Positions 18,305 through 27,616 of a stretch of 64,000 nucleotides of DNA are shown piece after piece. The position numbers and the translations under genes were made by a program. The notes under the pieces are model-generated. The model was given only the letters and a program-made list of their open reading frames with translations, was not told the origin of the DNA and made no database searches. How positions within the stretch are numbered: position 1 is the first letter of the stretch; each line of letters begins with the position of its first letter. The stretch comes from Candidatus Latescibacterota bacterium (lineage in GTDB: Bacteria; Latescibacterota; UBA2968; UBA8231). The DNA lies in NCBI GenBank assembly GCA_965206595.1, contig OZ242214.1, positions 2,976,001 through 3,040,000 on the forward strand, written 5' to 3'.

Positions 18305-19423
18305 ATGAACTACTTTGCGTTCATATCGTTGTTAGCTTTCGGCCTCGTCGCATGCGAAGGGCCTCCAGGGCCGATGGGGCCTCCAGGATCTCAGGGCGAG
18401 CAAGGGCCCCCTGGGCCCCAAGGCGAAGCCGAACAAGGACCTGAGGGACCCCAAGGACCCCAAGGACCACAGGGGCCCCCGGGACAACAAGGGCCTGAAG
18501 GATCCCAAGGCGAGACAGATGAACAAGGACCTGTTGCCTCCCCTGCCCTGTCAGATAGTACCGTGCTGGTCGCGTTCTACGATGCCACGGGCGGAGAAAG
18601 CTGGAAGGACAACACCAACTGGTTGAGTGAGGCCCCCATCGTCGAATGGTACGGCGTCACCACCAACCCGGGCGGCAGTTACGTCACCCGGCTCGATCTC
18701 GCGGAGAACGGATTGTGGGGAACGATCCCGCCGGAACTGGCCCACCTTGTCTACCTGGAATTCCTCAACCTGCGCAGCAACGAGCTCCGGGGGGAGATTC
18801 CGGCGGAACTGGCCAACCTTGGCAGCCTGGAAATCCTGGGCCTGGAAAACAACAATCTGCAGGGGGAAGTTCCATCGGGATTAGGCAAACTTGCCAACCT
18901 GCTGGCGCTGGCCCTGGGGAACAACAAGCTGCAGGGGGAGATTCCAACGGTCCTGGGAAACCTCGAAAACCTGGAATATCTGAGCCTCAACGATAACAGG
19001 CTGGAGGGAGTGGTCCCGTCCGAACTGGGAAACCTCGAAAACCTGCAAATCCTGTTTCTCGATGGAAACAACCAGCTGAATGGATGCCTGCCCGAGGGGG
19101 CGTCGGTGCCGTACTGCACAAGTCCAGGAAACCAACGATTCGGGTGGGATGATGAAACGATAGTCGTCAGTTGGGAGCCTGTGGAAAGGGCTACCCACTA
19201 CAATATCTACTGGGACGATTTCTTCACCTCCTGCCATCTGGAGCAAAGCGGCAAGCCGAGTTGGTGCGAGGAACTTGCTACACAGGTCTCCGAGACGACC
19301 TACGTTCACACTGACGCACCGGAACCAGGCATTTTCGACATCAACTACTGGGTCACTGCCTGTAACAGCGATGGGTGCTCGAAGATCGACACTGAAAACC
19401 CGGCCAGGTCTTCGACGCAGTAG
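18305..19423 (+). CDS. Short-collagen LRR lipoprotein (paralog of 15719-17737)
   Basis: RBS aaggagg; lipobox LVAC; G-X-Y tract; LRRs; shared '[16 protein letters not shown]' and 'ATHYNIY' tail. Confidence 0.9.
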   Translation: MNYFAFISLLAFGLVACEGPPGPMGPPGSQGEQGPPGPQGEAEQGPEGPQGPQGPQGPPGQQGPEGSQGETDEQGPVASPALSDSTVLVAFYDATGGESWKDNTNWLSEAPIVEWYGVTTNPGGSYVTRLDLAENGLWGTIPPELAHLVYLEFLNLRSNELRGEIPAELANLGSLEILGLENNNLQGEVPSGLGKLANLLALALGNNKLQGEIPTVLGNLENLEYLSLNDNRLEGVVPSELGNLENLQILFLDGNNQLNGCLPEGASVPYCTSPGNQRFGWDDETIVVSWEPVERATHYNIYWDDFFTSCHLEQSGKPSWCEELATQVSETTYVHTDAPEPGIFDINYWVTACNSDGCSKIDTENPARSSTQ

Positions 19424-19487
19424 AAACAAACCTTGCAAGATGGCTTTCATCGGAAACCGGCCCTCTTCATCTGAAAGGAGACAGGCA

Positions 19488-20480
19488 ATGAAATATCTGG
19501 CGCTTTCTTTGGTTTTTGCTTTCGCCCTCACCACATGCACAGGCCCTGAGGGACCAGTGGGACCTCAAGGTCCCCAAGGAGAAAAGGGTGAGCCAGGACC
19601 TGAAGGATCCCAGGGTCCTCAAGGCGAAGGAGAACAAGGGCCGCAAGGGCCAGAGGGACCTCAAGGGCCTCAAGGGGAACAAGGACCTGAGGGACCCCAG
19701 GGGGAAGGGGAACAAGGACCTGAGGGACCTCAAGGCGAACGAGGGTCCACGTACAGCATGCTGTACTGGGCGGACTCCGATGCGGGCAAGATTCAGCGCG
19801 CCAACCTCGACGGTTCCGAAGTTCAAACCATCGTCTCCGGATTGGAGGATCCGGAGGGCATTGCCCTCGACGTGGGCGGTGGGAAGATATACTGGACGGA
19901 ATGGGAGAGCGTTAAGCGGGCAAACCTCGATGGCACCCAGCTCGAAAGCCTCGGCACCGTATGGGGAAGTGACATCGCTTTGGACGTGGCCGAAGGCAAG
20001 TCGTACTTGGCGAACTGGAAAGAGACAATCTACCGTACGGGCCTCGGCGGCTCCCCGGTCGAAACCCTCGTCACCGAAGCGGGTGCATCGGAGGCCATCG
20101 CCCTGGATCTGAGCAGAGGAAAGATGTACTGGGGGGGCTGGCGCGGGGAGGAGATCAGGTGGGCGGACCTCGACGGATCCAAAGTCGAAATAATCGTCAC
20201 CGGAGTGGATCGTGTACGCGACCTGACGGTCGACGAGGGCGCGGGCAAGCTGTACTGGGCGTCGGATGCCGGGGTTCAGCGGGCAAACCTCGATGGTTCC
20301 CAGGTCGAAACCCTCTTCTCCGAAAACAGTATGGGCATTGCCCTCGACCTGGGCGGTGGGAAGATATACTGGACGGAATGGATCGAGGAGAGGATTCGAC
20401 GGGCAAATCTCGACGGGTCACAGGTCCAAACCATCGTCACCGGTTTGGAGTGGCCGCGCGATATCGCCTTGAGTCCCTGA
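19488..20480 (+). CDS. Collagen-stalk lipoprotein with YWTD (LDL-receptor class B-like) propeller
   Basis: RBS aaggag; LTTC lipobox-like; G-X-Y tract; six 'YW...RANLDGS' blades. Confidence 0.88.
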   Translation: MKYLALSLVFAFALTTCTGPEGPVGPQGPQGEKGEPGPEGSQGPQGEGEQGPQGPEGPQGPQGEQGPEGPQGEGEQGPEGPQGERGSTYSMLYWADSDAGKIQRANLDGSEVQTIVSGLEDPEGIALDVGGGKIYWTEWESVKRANLDGTQLESLGTVWGSDIALDVAEGKSYLANWKETIYRTGLGGSPVETLVTEAGASEAIALDLSRGKMYWGGWRGEEIRWADLDGSKVEIIVTGVDRVRDLTVDEGAGKLYWASDAGVQRANLDGSQVETLFSENSMGIALDLGGGKIYWTEWIEERIRRANLDGSQVQTIVTGLEWPRDIALSP

Positions 20481-20576
20481 AATCTGAAAGGAGCGGGAAC
20501 AGCCCGGAAAGTTGCGGTTTTTTCCCAGGCCTGTTTGCAGCGCTTTTTCGACGGCCATCCCGAACCATAAGGAATC

Positions 20577-22172
20577 ATGAGAAAACACCTCCTGCCCTCA
20601 ATCGTTTTTTCGGTAGCGGCCTGGACCTTTTTGCCCAGGTACATCGAGGCCCAAATAGATGTCGATGTTGTTTCTGAAAGCATCGTCCGTGTTCGCGCGT
20701 ACCAGAAAGACCAGGTTGCGGTTGAGGGAGCCGGGTTTGTCGTCCATGAAACGGGATATGTCCTGACTAATGCCCATCTCGTGGAGAAAGCGGAGCGAAT
20801 AACGGTATTGTCCCTGAAAACGGGCGCCGAGGTGGTTCCCGAGCCGGTGTTCGCCAATCGGGAAATCAACCTGGCCCTTTTGCAGGCACAAAGTTTGAAC
20901 CTGCCTCCTCTCAGGCTATCCGAAAAGTCAGCCGATGTGGGCCGAGCCGTTCAGACGCTGCGCTTCGATGTCATGAGGAATGCCTGGCTTTCTCAGGGGA
21001 CGATAGGTGCCTACGAAACCATTTTTGACAAAAAGGCAGGCCTCCCCGTGGGGCGCCTGCTGCAGCACAATGCCTTGATAACCGCAACAGCCTTCGGCAT
21101 GCCCTTGTTCAACGAATGCGGAGACGTGGTGGCCATCAACATGCCGAACCCTCGCAGCGGCCCGTGGCCGTTTCGCACAGCGAAACCGAAAGGAGCCGTT
21201 TTTGCCTTGAGCAGCAAAAACATGATAGCTGCTCTCGACGACCGGAAAATCGCACATCATGCGGTAAATACTGAATGCCTGAGTGCTCTGGAGCGGGCGG
21301 AACGGGAGGGACTGGCGACTGCGGACAGCCTCAAGCTGGCAAGGGCGCAGGCCGACTCGGCGAGAAGGGCCGCAAAAGAGGCAGAAGAGAAAGAAGTGGC
21401 GTCCCGACAAGAAGCGGAAAGCGTGAAAGCCCGAGCAGACGCTATGAGAAAGGCGGCAGCCGAGAGCATTCAGGCTGCCAAGGCCCAGGTAGAAAGTCTG
21501 AAGACGGCGACAGCGCGGGCAGACTTAACGGGAAAAGCTGCGACCGACAGTCTGCTGGCTGACAAGGCCCAGCCCGAAAGCCTGGAGACAGCAAAAGCGT
21601 GGCCCGATTCCGGGACTGATTACGCCGCCGGCAGCAGTAAGGAAGCAACACAGGAGGTCCCGTTGAGCTTGAAGTGGGGAATTCCAATCGGGGGGGCACT
21701 GGTGTTGCTCTCCCTTCTCGGTTGGTTGCTTGCCTCCCAGCGAAGAAAGGAACAGCTACGCAGTGCGGAGTCCCGTTTGCGTGCAGCGGAAGAAACAGCT
21801 GAAGCAGCGCACCAGGCTGCGGCGGCCGCACCGAAACCCGCCCCTTTCAGATGCCTGCTGGAAGGCCGGGACAGCTCCGGGCGGCAATTCGCATTGACCG
21901 TATCGGCCCTGGCATTGGGTGATCCGGCCGGCGTAACGCTGGGGAGAAGCCCGGAAAACGCCGATTTCGTCATCGACCACGAAGCAGTCTCCCGCGAACA
22001 CGTTCGCCTCAGGTGCACTGGCGCCACGCTCTACGCGGAGGACTTGAACGCACTGAACGGGACAAAGGTGAATGGCCGTTTGCTGAACCCGCATGAAACG
22101 GCGGTTCTCCAAAACGAGGATCGACTCGAGATAGGCCCGATTGCTTTCTCCGTGCGCCTGGTCCAGGAGTGA
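20577..22172 (+). CDS. Trypsin-like (probably inactive) domain - coiled coil - TM - FHA protein
   Basis: Signal peptide; 'GAGFVV...YVLTNAHLV' trypsin fold; TM 'WGIPIGGALVLLSLLGWLLA'; FHA 'LGRS...VSREH...DLNALNGTKVNG'. Confidence 0.88.
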   Translation: MRKHLLPSIVFSVAAWTFLPRYIEAQIDVDVVSESIVRVRAYQKDQVAVEGAGFVVHETGYVLTNAHLVEKAERITVLSLKTGAEVVPEPVFANREINLALLQAQSLNLPPLRLSEKSADVGRAVQTLRFDVMRNAWLSQGTIGAYETIFDKKAGLPVGRLLQHNALITATAFGMPLFNECGDVVAINMPNPRSGPWPFRTAKPKGAVFALSSKNMIAALDDRKIAHHAVNTECLSALERAEREGLATADSLKLARAQADSARRAAKEAEEKEVASRQEAESVKARADAMRKAAAESIQAAKAQVESLKTATARADLTGKAATDSLLADKAQPESLETAKAWPDSGTDYAAGSSKEATQEVPLSLKWGIPIGGALVLLSLLGWLLASQRRKEQLRSAESRLRAAEETAEAAHQAAAAAPKPAPFRCLLEGRDSSGRQFALTVSALALGDPAGVTLGRSPENADFVIDHEAVSREHVRLRCTGATLYAEDLNALNGTKVNGRLLNPHETAVLQNEDRLEIGPIAFSVRLVQE

Positions 22173-22179
22173 GTGAAAA

Positions 22180-23130
22180 ATGAAAAGACGCAGGCCCGAA
22201 CTCAACGTTTTCAGCATGTCCGCGCTCGACCTGCTCGCATCGGCCCTCGGTGCTTTCATCCTGATTACCGTAGTGCTTATCCCCCTGTTTCCGAATCTGG
22301 AAATCCTGGGACAGGTCAGGGGGGAGTTGGCTCAGACAAGAACCGAGTTGGAGCAGACGAAGTCAGACCTTGACCTGGCAATGGCGGACCTGGACCGGAA
22401 GGAATCCAGATCCCGGTTGGACAAGGAAAAATCAGAGCGGGAAAGAACTGAATTGGAGCGCAAAAATATCGAGCTGAAACAGGAAGGGGCCAAGCTCGAG
22501 CAGAAAAAGACATTGGCTCAACAAACCAAATCCGAACTTGTGGAACAGGTGCAGGCGTTGCAACAGCAGATAGACGACACGAGCGTTCTGCTTGGTATAA
22601 AGACAAAGGCGAAAAAGTTCGTATTCGTCATAGATATGTCGGGGAGCATTTACCATCCCGGAGAGCACGACTATCGGCAGTTCATATCACTGTCCATACA
22701 AAACATGCTCGCTTCTTTCAAATCCGAAATAGAGGTCTGCCTGATCGGTTTTCAGGCTCCTGAACGAGGAACCGTGTTGCATTTCTGGCCCGAAAGCAAG
22801 GAATACTTCCAAGTCAAGAAGGATGCACCAAATCAGCTTATTGGAAAGATAAGCGACTGGATGGGAATGGTAGATGGCGTCACACCCACCCGCCCCGCCT
22901 TGCTGGCGGCCATTGCCTTGGACCCCGAAGAAATCATCCTTCTGAGCGATGGAGCTCCCTCGGAGGATTGGCGCACGGTGGTGCGAGCCGTAACCGCTGA
23001 AAACAGCCAGAGAATACCCATACACGCAGTAGCCGTCGGGAATTACACCGCCGACCGCAAGTTCATCGATTTTCTCGTGCATTTGACAAAGCAAAACAAC
23101 GGGTACGTGGTGGGAGCAAAACCGGGCTGA
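22180..23130 (+). CDS. ExbD/MotB-like TM anchor - coiled coil - vWA domain protein
   Basis: N-terminal TM with Asp17 'FSMSALDLLASALGAFILI'; MIDAS 'VIDMSGS', 'GVTPT', 'LLSDGAP'. Confidence 0.88.
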   Translation: MKRRRPELNVFSMSALDLLASALGAFILITVVLIPLFPNLEILGQVRGELAQTRTELEQTKSDLDLAMADLDRKESRSRLDKEKSERERTELERKNIELKQEGAKLEQKKTLAQQTKSELVEQVQALQQQIDDTSVLLGIKTKAKKFVFVIDMSGSIYHPGEHDYRQFISLSIQNMLASFKSEIEVCLIGFQAPERGTVLHFWPESKEYFQVKKDAPNQLIGKISDWMGMVDGVTPTRPALLAAIALDPEEIILLSDGAPSEDWRTVVRAVTAENSQRIPIHAVAVGNYTADRKFIDFLVHLTKQNNGYVVGAKPG

Positions 23131-23156
23131 AATGAACAGCCGAGAGGAGAATAGGC

Positions 23157-23957
23157 ATGGCGAAATCGAACATGATCAAAGCGAAAAGCATCAACAGGGA
23201 GCAACGCCTGATCGCCAGCGTCGTCAGTCTGTCCGGCGGCATTTTATACATAGCGGCTCTGAGTTTTGTTTTCGATCAGCCCGATTCCATTGCAGGCGAT
23301 TTTCTGTTGGATCGGAACTCCAAAAACTTCTCCTACCCGTTCACCATCCAGAACCTCATGTGGCTGTTGTTCTGGTTCGGCTGCGGTGAGCTCTGTGTGC
23401 GCTTCAACCAGGCCAAACTCGAGATGCAGCAGATTTCAAAAGGGTACCTGCCGGAAGGGGATGAGGTTATGCTTCAGGCCCACGAATTGGGGCCCTTGCA
23501 CCAGAAATCCATGCCCGTGGCCAGGGAGCGGACCTTTTATCTACCGCGTCTGATCGGGCGTTGCATCCTGCAATTTCAGGGAAGCCGCTCCGTCAACCAG
23601 GCCAACTCTCTACTGAATTCTTCCCTTGAATTGTTTCAGCACGAGCTCGATCTCAAATATTCGATGCTGCGCTACCTCGTCTGGCTCATTCCAACGATGG
23701 GTTTTGTAGGCACTGTTCTCGGCATCGCCCTGTCTTTGGACTATGCCGCCAAAATTGTAGACCCGCACGACCCGACCTTGCTGCGCCAGATCACGGGGCG
23801 GCTCGGCGTCGCCTTCTACACTACCCTGCTTGCCCTGGTCCAGTCCATACTTCTGGTGTTTGCGCTCCACATTGCTCAAACCCGGGAAGAGATGGCCCTG
23901 AACCAATCCGGGCAATACTGCTTGGACAACCTGATCAACCGGCTCTACGAAAAGTAA
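23157..23957 (+). CDS. MotA/TolQ/ExbB proton-channel family protein
   Basis: 'LIPTMGFVGTVLGI' and 'VAFYTTLLAL' channel helices; four hydrophobic segments. Confidence 0.9.
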   Translation: MAKSNMIKAKSINREQRLIASVVSLSGGILYIAALSFVFDQPDSIAGDFLLDRNSKNFSYPFTIQNLMWLLFWFGCGELCVRFNQAKLEMQQISKGYLPEGDEVMLQAHELGPLHQKSMPVARERTFYLPRLIGRCILQFQGSRSVNQANSLLNSSLELFQHELDLKYSMLRYLVWLIPTMGFVGTVLGIALSLDYAAKIVDPHDPTLLRQITGRLGVAFYTTLLALVQSILLVFALHIAQTREEMALNQSGQYCLDNLINRLYEK

Positions 23958-24010
23958 GTCTCCTTCGAGACCTCTGCGCCTTTGGAAAGCCCTAGAAAGG
24001 AAGGAAACCC

Positions 24011-24664
24011 ATGCCCGTTTTCCGCCGCCCCGATGGCAATATCACCGAGAAAAAGACCGAGAAATCCGAAAAGGACTCCCCCTCGCCCGACCAGGCCAAA
24101 AGGCCGCTGCCACCTGCATCTCAGGAAGGCAATCAAGCAGCCGGTCCCGGGCGTTTCGATGCAGCCACCAAGCGGATGGAGACCGACCGTACTCCACCCG
24201 ACCCGGGAGAGGAGGAAAAAACGCGGCTGGTGGGTGGCCGGGCGCCGCGAGCGGACACAGGCGTCCGCCAGGAAAGCGCCCAAGAGGGCCGCGGCATGGA
24301 TGATCCGGTGGTGGGATGGTTGGTGATCGTCGAGGGGCCGGGAAAAGGCCGGGCCGTCCAGTTGGGTTATGGATCCAATTCCCTCGGGCGCGGCGCAACC
24401 GACCGCGTCAAACTCGATTTCGGCGACGACCAGATTTCGCGAAACGGCCATGCGGTGGTCACGTACGATCCCCGCGGACGGAAGTTCTACGTGCAGCACG
24501 GCGGCGGCACCAACCTGACGTATCTCGGCGATCGGCCCGTTCTCGCACCGACCGAGTTGCCGGCCCAGGGCCGGATCGGCATCGGGAATACGGTTCTCCG
24601 GTTCGTGCCCTTCTGCGGCTTCGCGTTCGACTGGCAGGACTCGGAAGGAAGCGAAGACCCTTGA
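24011..24664 (+). CDS. FHA-domain protein with disordered N-terminus
   Basis: 'VVGWLVIVEGPGKG...LGR...DDQISRNGHA..YD...GTNLTYL...IGNTVLRFVPFC'. Confidence 0.88.
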   Translation: MPVFRRPDGNITEKKTEKSEKDSPSPDQAKRPLPPASQEGNQAAGPGRFDAATKRMETDRTPPDPGEEEKTRLVGGRAPRADTGVRQESAQEGRGMDDPVVGWLVIVEGPGKGRAVQLGYGSNSLGRGATDRVKLDFGDDQISRNGHAVVTYDPRGRKFYVQHGGGTNLTYLGDRPVLAPTELPAQGRIGIGNTVLRFVPFCGFAFDWQDSEGSEDP

Positions 24665-25605
24665 CCGAAAGCGGTCGCTGTGCCGCGAAGCAAATCCGCG
24701 GCAAACGGAGCTATCAGGAAGACGATTACGGCTTCCTCGATGCGCGCGCCCTTGGAAAAGACCGTTACGAACACTCCCTGTTATTGGTGGCCGACGGCAT
24801 GGGCGGGCATGTCGGCGGCGCTGCCGCCAGCGGCCTTCTGAGAAGGATCTTCGTCGAGGCCTACCCGCGGGCTTCCGGATCGATCACCGATCGCCTCCAG
24901 GGCTGCCTGCAATCGGCCAATGCAGCCATGGCCGACGCCATTGCCCAGAAACCCGAACTGGACAGCATGGGTTCCACTTTGGTCGCGGCGGTCGTCTCGA
25001 GCGAAGGCCTGAACTGGATCAGCGTCGGGGATTCCCCGTTGTGGTTGTTCCGCAAAGGCGCACTGGCGCGGTTGAACGCGGACCACTCCATGGCACCGGT
25101 TCTCGCGGACCTGGTAGCTACCGGGAGGATGACCGAAGAGGAAGCCGCCCGGGATCCAAGCCGGCATTCGCTGCGGTCCGCGGTCATGGGCGATGACATA
25201 CATCTGGTGGATGTATCGCCGCGGCCGGTGCCCGTGGAGAAAGGCGACCGGCTGCTGTTGGCCAGCGACGGTTTGATGACCCTCGGCGACCGGGAGATCG
25301 CCGGTATCCTCGAGGAAACGCAGGACGCGTCATTGGAGGATAGCGCCGCGGCCCTTATCCAGGCCGTGGAAGCCGCCGAAAATCCCCGTCAGGACAATAC
25401 CACCCTCTTGTTGTACGCCCCTGCTGAAGGCACGGAAACGGCTGCTGACGCTTCCGAAGAAGCCGATCAGGGGATGCCCCGATTGAGACGCTGGGCCAGA
25501 CTGTTGGGACGAGCCGCGGGCAGAAAACGAAAAGGGGTCCAGACCGGAGAAGGAGATGAGAGTGCAGGGCCGTCGCCGCTACCATCCACCCCCGGTTCCG
25601 GCTGA
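24661..25605 (+). CDS. PP2C/PPM-family Ser/Thr phosphatase
   Basis: TTG start overlapping the previous stop (TTGA); motifs QEDD, VADGMGGH, GSTL, VGDS, LASDGL, DNTT. Confidence 0.93.
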   Translation: MTESGRCAAKQIRGKRSYQEDDYGFLDARALGKDRYEHSLLLVADGMGGHVGGAAASGLLRRIFVEAYPRASGSITDRLQGCLQSANAAMADAIAQKPELDSMGSTLVAAVVSSEGLNWISVGDSPLWLFRKGALARLNADHSMAPVLADLVATGRMTEEEAARDPSRHSLRSAVMGDDIHLVDVSPRPVPVEKGDRLLLASDGLMTLGDREIAGILEETQDASLEDSAAALIQAVEAAENPRQDNTTLLLYAPAEGTETAADASEEADQGMPRLRRWARLLGRAAGRKRKGVQTGEGDESAGPSPLPSTPGSG

Positions 25606-27554
25606 TGGGCGAGGAACAACAGCATCGCCTGGCGTTGCCCAAAGGAACTCGCATACGCGACTTCGAGTTTCATCGGGTTCTCGGCCACGGCGGGTTCGGG
25701 ATCACCTACCTGGGATGGAACATCACCCTGGACATCCCCGTGGCGATCAAGGAGTACTTCCCCGCGGACCTGGCTACCCGCGAACGGAACCTGTCGGTCG
25801 TTCCGCAGACGGACCAGGCCGCCCCCGATTTCCAATGGGGCCTGGAGCGCTTCCTGGACGAAGCCCGCATCCTCGCCCGCTTTCAACATCCCGGCATAGT
25901 CCGCATTCACCACTTCTTCGAAGCCCACCGCACAGCCTATATCGCAATGGACTATGTGGAGGGGGAAAGTCTGTCCGCGTATCTGACGCGCAAGGGAACG
26001 CTGAGCGAAATCGAGCTCCAAGGCATTCTGGATCCGTTGCTGAGCGCGTTGGAAGTGGTACATCGAGCAGACTTTCTGCATCGAGACATCAAGCCCGGCA
26101 ACATCGTCCTCCGAGCAAAGGATGGCTCGCCGGTGTTGCTGGACTTTGGCGCCGCGCGTCAGGCAATGGGTGCGAAAAGCCGCTCGGTCACGTCGATAGT
26201 AACGCCGGGGTATGCGCCGATCGAACAGTATTCAACCCGGGCGGCTCAAGGAGCCTGGACGGACATTTACGCGCTGGGGGGGGTGTGTTATCGGGCGTTG
26301 ACCGGAGAGAACCCTTTCGATGCAACCGACCGGATGCGGAACGACCCGCTGATCCCGGTGGCTCAGCGCTGCGCGGGCAAAGCAAGTCCAAAGTTTCTCG
26401 CGGCGATAGATGCCGCCCTAACGGTGGATGCCCCGGATCGTCCCCAGAGTATCGCGGCGTGGCGAGAGTCCCTTGGCGAGGCGCGGAAAGCGCGGAATGA
26501 TGGGGCCAATGACGCTGCAGTTGCTGGCAAAATGGAGCAGGGCGCGTCGCCATCGAAGCCTCGGAAGAACCTTAAATACAAGCTTGTTGCAGCCGTCCTG
26601 GGTCTGGCCGCTCTCCTGATCGGGGGCGAAAGGTTTGTTGAGCATGCCGAACAGGTGGAATTGGAGAAGAAGCGTCAGGAACAAGCCGCCTTGGTGAAAC
26701 AGGCTCAGGAACAAGCCGCCCTGGAGAAAGAGCGCCAGGACCAGGCCGCGTTGGAGAAGCAGGAGCAGGAAAAAGCGGCCCTGGAGAAACAGCGTGGCAA
26801 ACAGGCGGCGTTAAAGAAAAAGCGTCAGGAACAAGCGGAGCTGGAGAAACAGGCTCAGGAGCAAGCCGCCCAGGAGAAACAGCGCCAGGACCAGGCCGCG
26901 TTGGAAAAGCAGCAGCGGGACCAGGCTGCACTTGAGAAGCAGCAGCGGGAAAAAAAGGCGGCATTGGAGAAACAGCGCCAGGACCAGGCCGCGTTGGAAA
27001 AACAGCGCCAGGAGCAAGCCTTCGTCGCAGAGGTGGGGCGCCCTCCACATCCGGGCGGAATGAACAACGGCGATACCGACCTGCATGTTGCCGCGAGACT
27101 GAACCTGCCCCTGTTGACTGCATCCCTGCTCGAGCAGGGAGCCGATGTCCACGCCACAAACAAGGACGGCTGGACACCGCTCCACGTTGCCGCCAAGGAG
27201 GACGCTGCTGCAACCGCCGGGGTCTTGCTCAAACAGAAAGCCGATGTCAACGCCAGGGAAACATTGTTCGGCTGGACGCCGCTGCACCTGGCCGCGGCCA
27301 AGGAAGATGCTTCTGCGACCGCCGAGGTCCTGCTCCAACAGAAAGCCGACGTCAACGTCAAGGACAAATTCGGATGGACACCGCTGCATTCCGCCGCTTC
27401 AAACAATGCTTACAAGACCGCAGAGGTTTTGTTGAACAGCGGGGCTGATGTCAACGCCAAGGACAATCATGGCTGGGGGCCGCTTTACTGGGCGTCACGC
27501 AAAAAGGCTTCCCAGGCGGCGGACGTCCTGCGCCGTTACGGTGGTCGAGAATGA
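25605..27554 (+). CDS. Hanks-type Ser/Thr kinase - TM - 11-residue-repeat coiled coil - ankyrin repeats
   Basis: TGATG coupling; GHGGFG, VAIKE, HRDIKPGN, DFG, GYAPIEQ; TM 'LVAAVLGLAALLIGG'; 'GWTPLH.AA...ADVNA' ankyrins. Confidence 0.95.
   Translation: MGEEQQHRLALPKGTRIRDFEFHRVLGHGGFGITYLGWNITLDIPVAIKEYFPADLATRERNLSVVPQTDQAAPDFQWGLERFLDEARILARFQHPGIVRIHHFFEAHRTAYIAMDYVEGESLSAYLTRKGTLSEIELQGILDPLLSALEVVHRADFLHRDIKPGNIVLRAKDGSPVLLDFGAARQAMGAKSRSVTSIVTPGYAPIEQYSTRAAQGAWTDIYALGGVCYRALTGENPFDATDRMRNDPLIPVAQRCAGKASPKFLAAIDAALTVDAPDRPQSIAAWRESLGEARKARNDGANDAAVAGKMEQGASPSKPRKNLKYKLVAAVLGLAALLIGGERFVEHAEQVELEKKRQEQAALVKQAQEQAALEKERQDQAALEKQEQEKAALEKQRGKQAALKKKRQEQAELEKQAQEQAAQEKQRQDQAALEKQQRDQAALEKQQREKKAALEKQRQDQAALEKQRQEQAFVAEVGRPPHPGGMNNGDTDLHVAARLNLPLLTASLLEQGADVHATNKDGWTPLHVAAKEDAAATAGVLLKQKADVNARETLFGWTPLHLAAAKEDASATAEVLLQQKADVNVKDKFGWTPLHSAASNNAYKTAEVLLNSGADVNAKDNHGWGPLYWASRKKASQAADVLRRYGGRE
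26660..27020 (+). repeat. 33-bp tandem repeats (QEQAALEKQRQ-type hendecad stalk)
   Basis: About 10 imperfect copies of cagga(a/c)ca(a/g)gccgc.(t/c)tggagaa within the kinase gene. Confidence 0.85.
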
Positions 27555-27616
27555 AATTATCTGGAGCCAGTTCTTCACAACCTCCCCGGATTCATCCGGC
27601 CCACAGGAGAATTCCC

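Noticed and set aside
20577-27554. T6SS regulatory module, Zorya, Ton/Tol or flagellar stator
   Set aside because: No Tss, ZorC/D/E, TonB/TolA/Pal or flagellar genes here, and the B-subunit has vWA rather than an OmpA-like or ExbD domain. These are analogies only.
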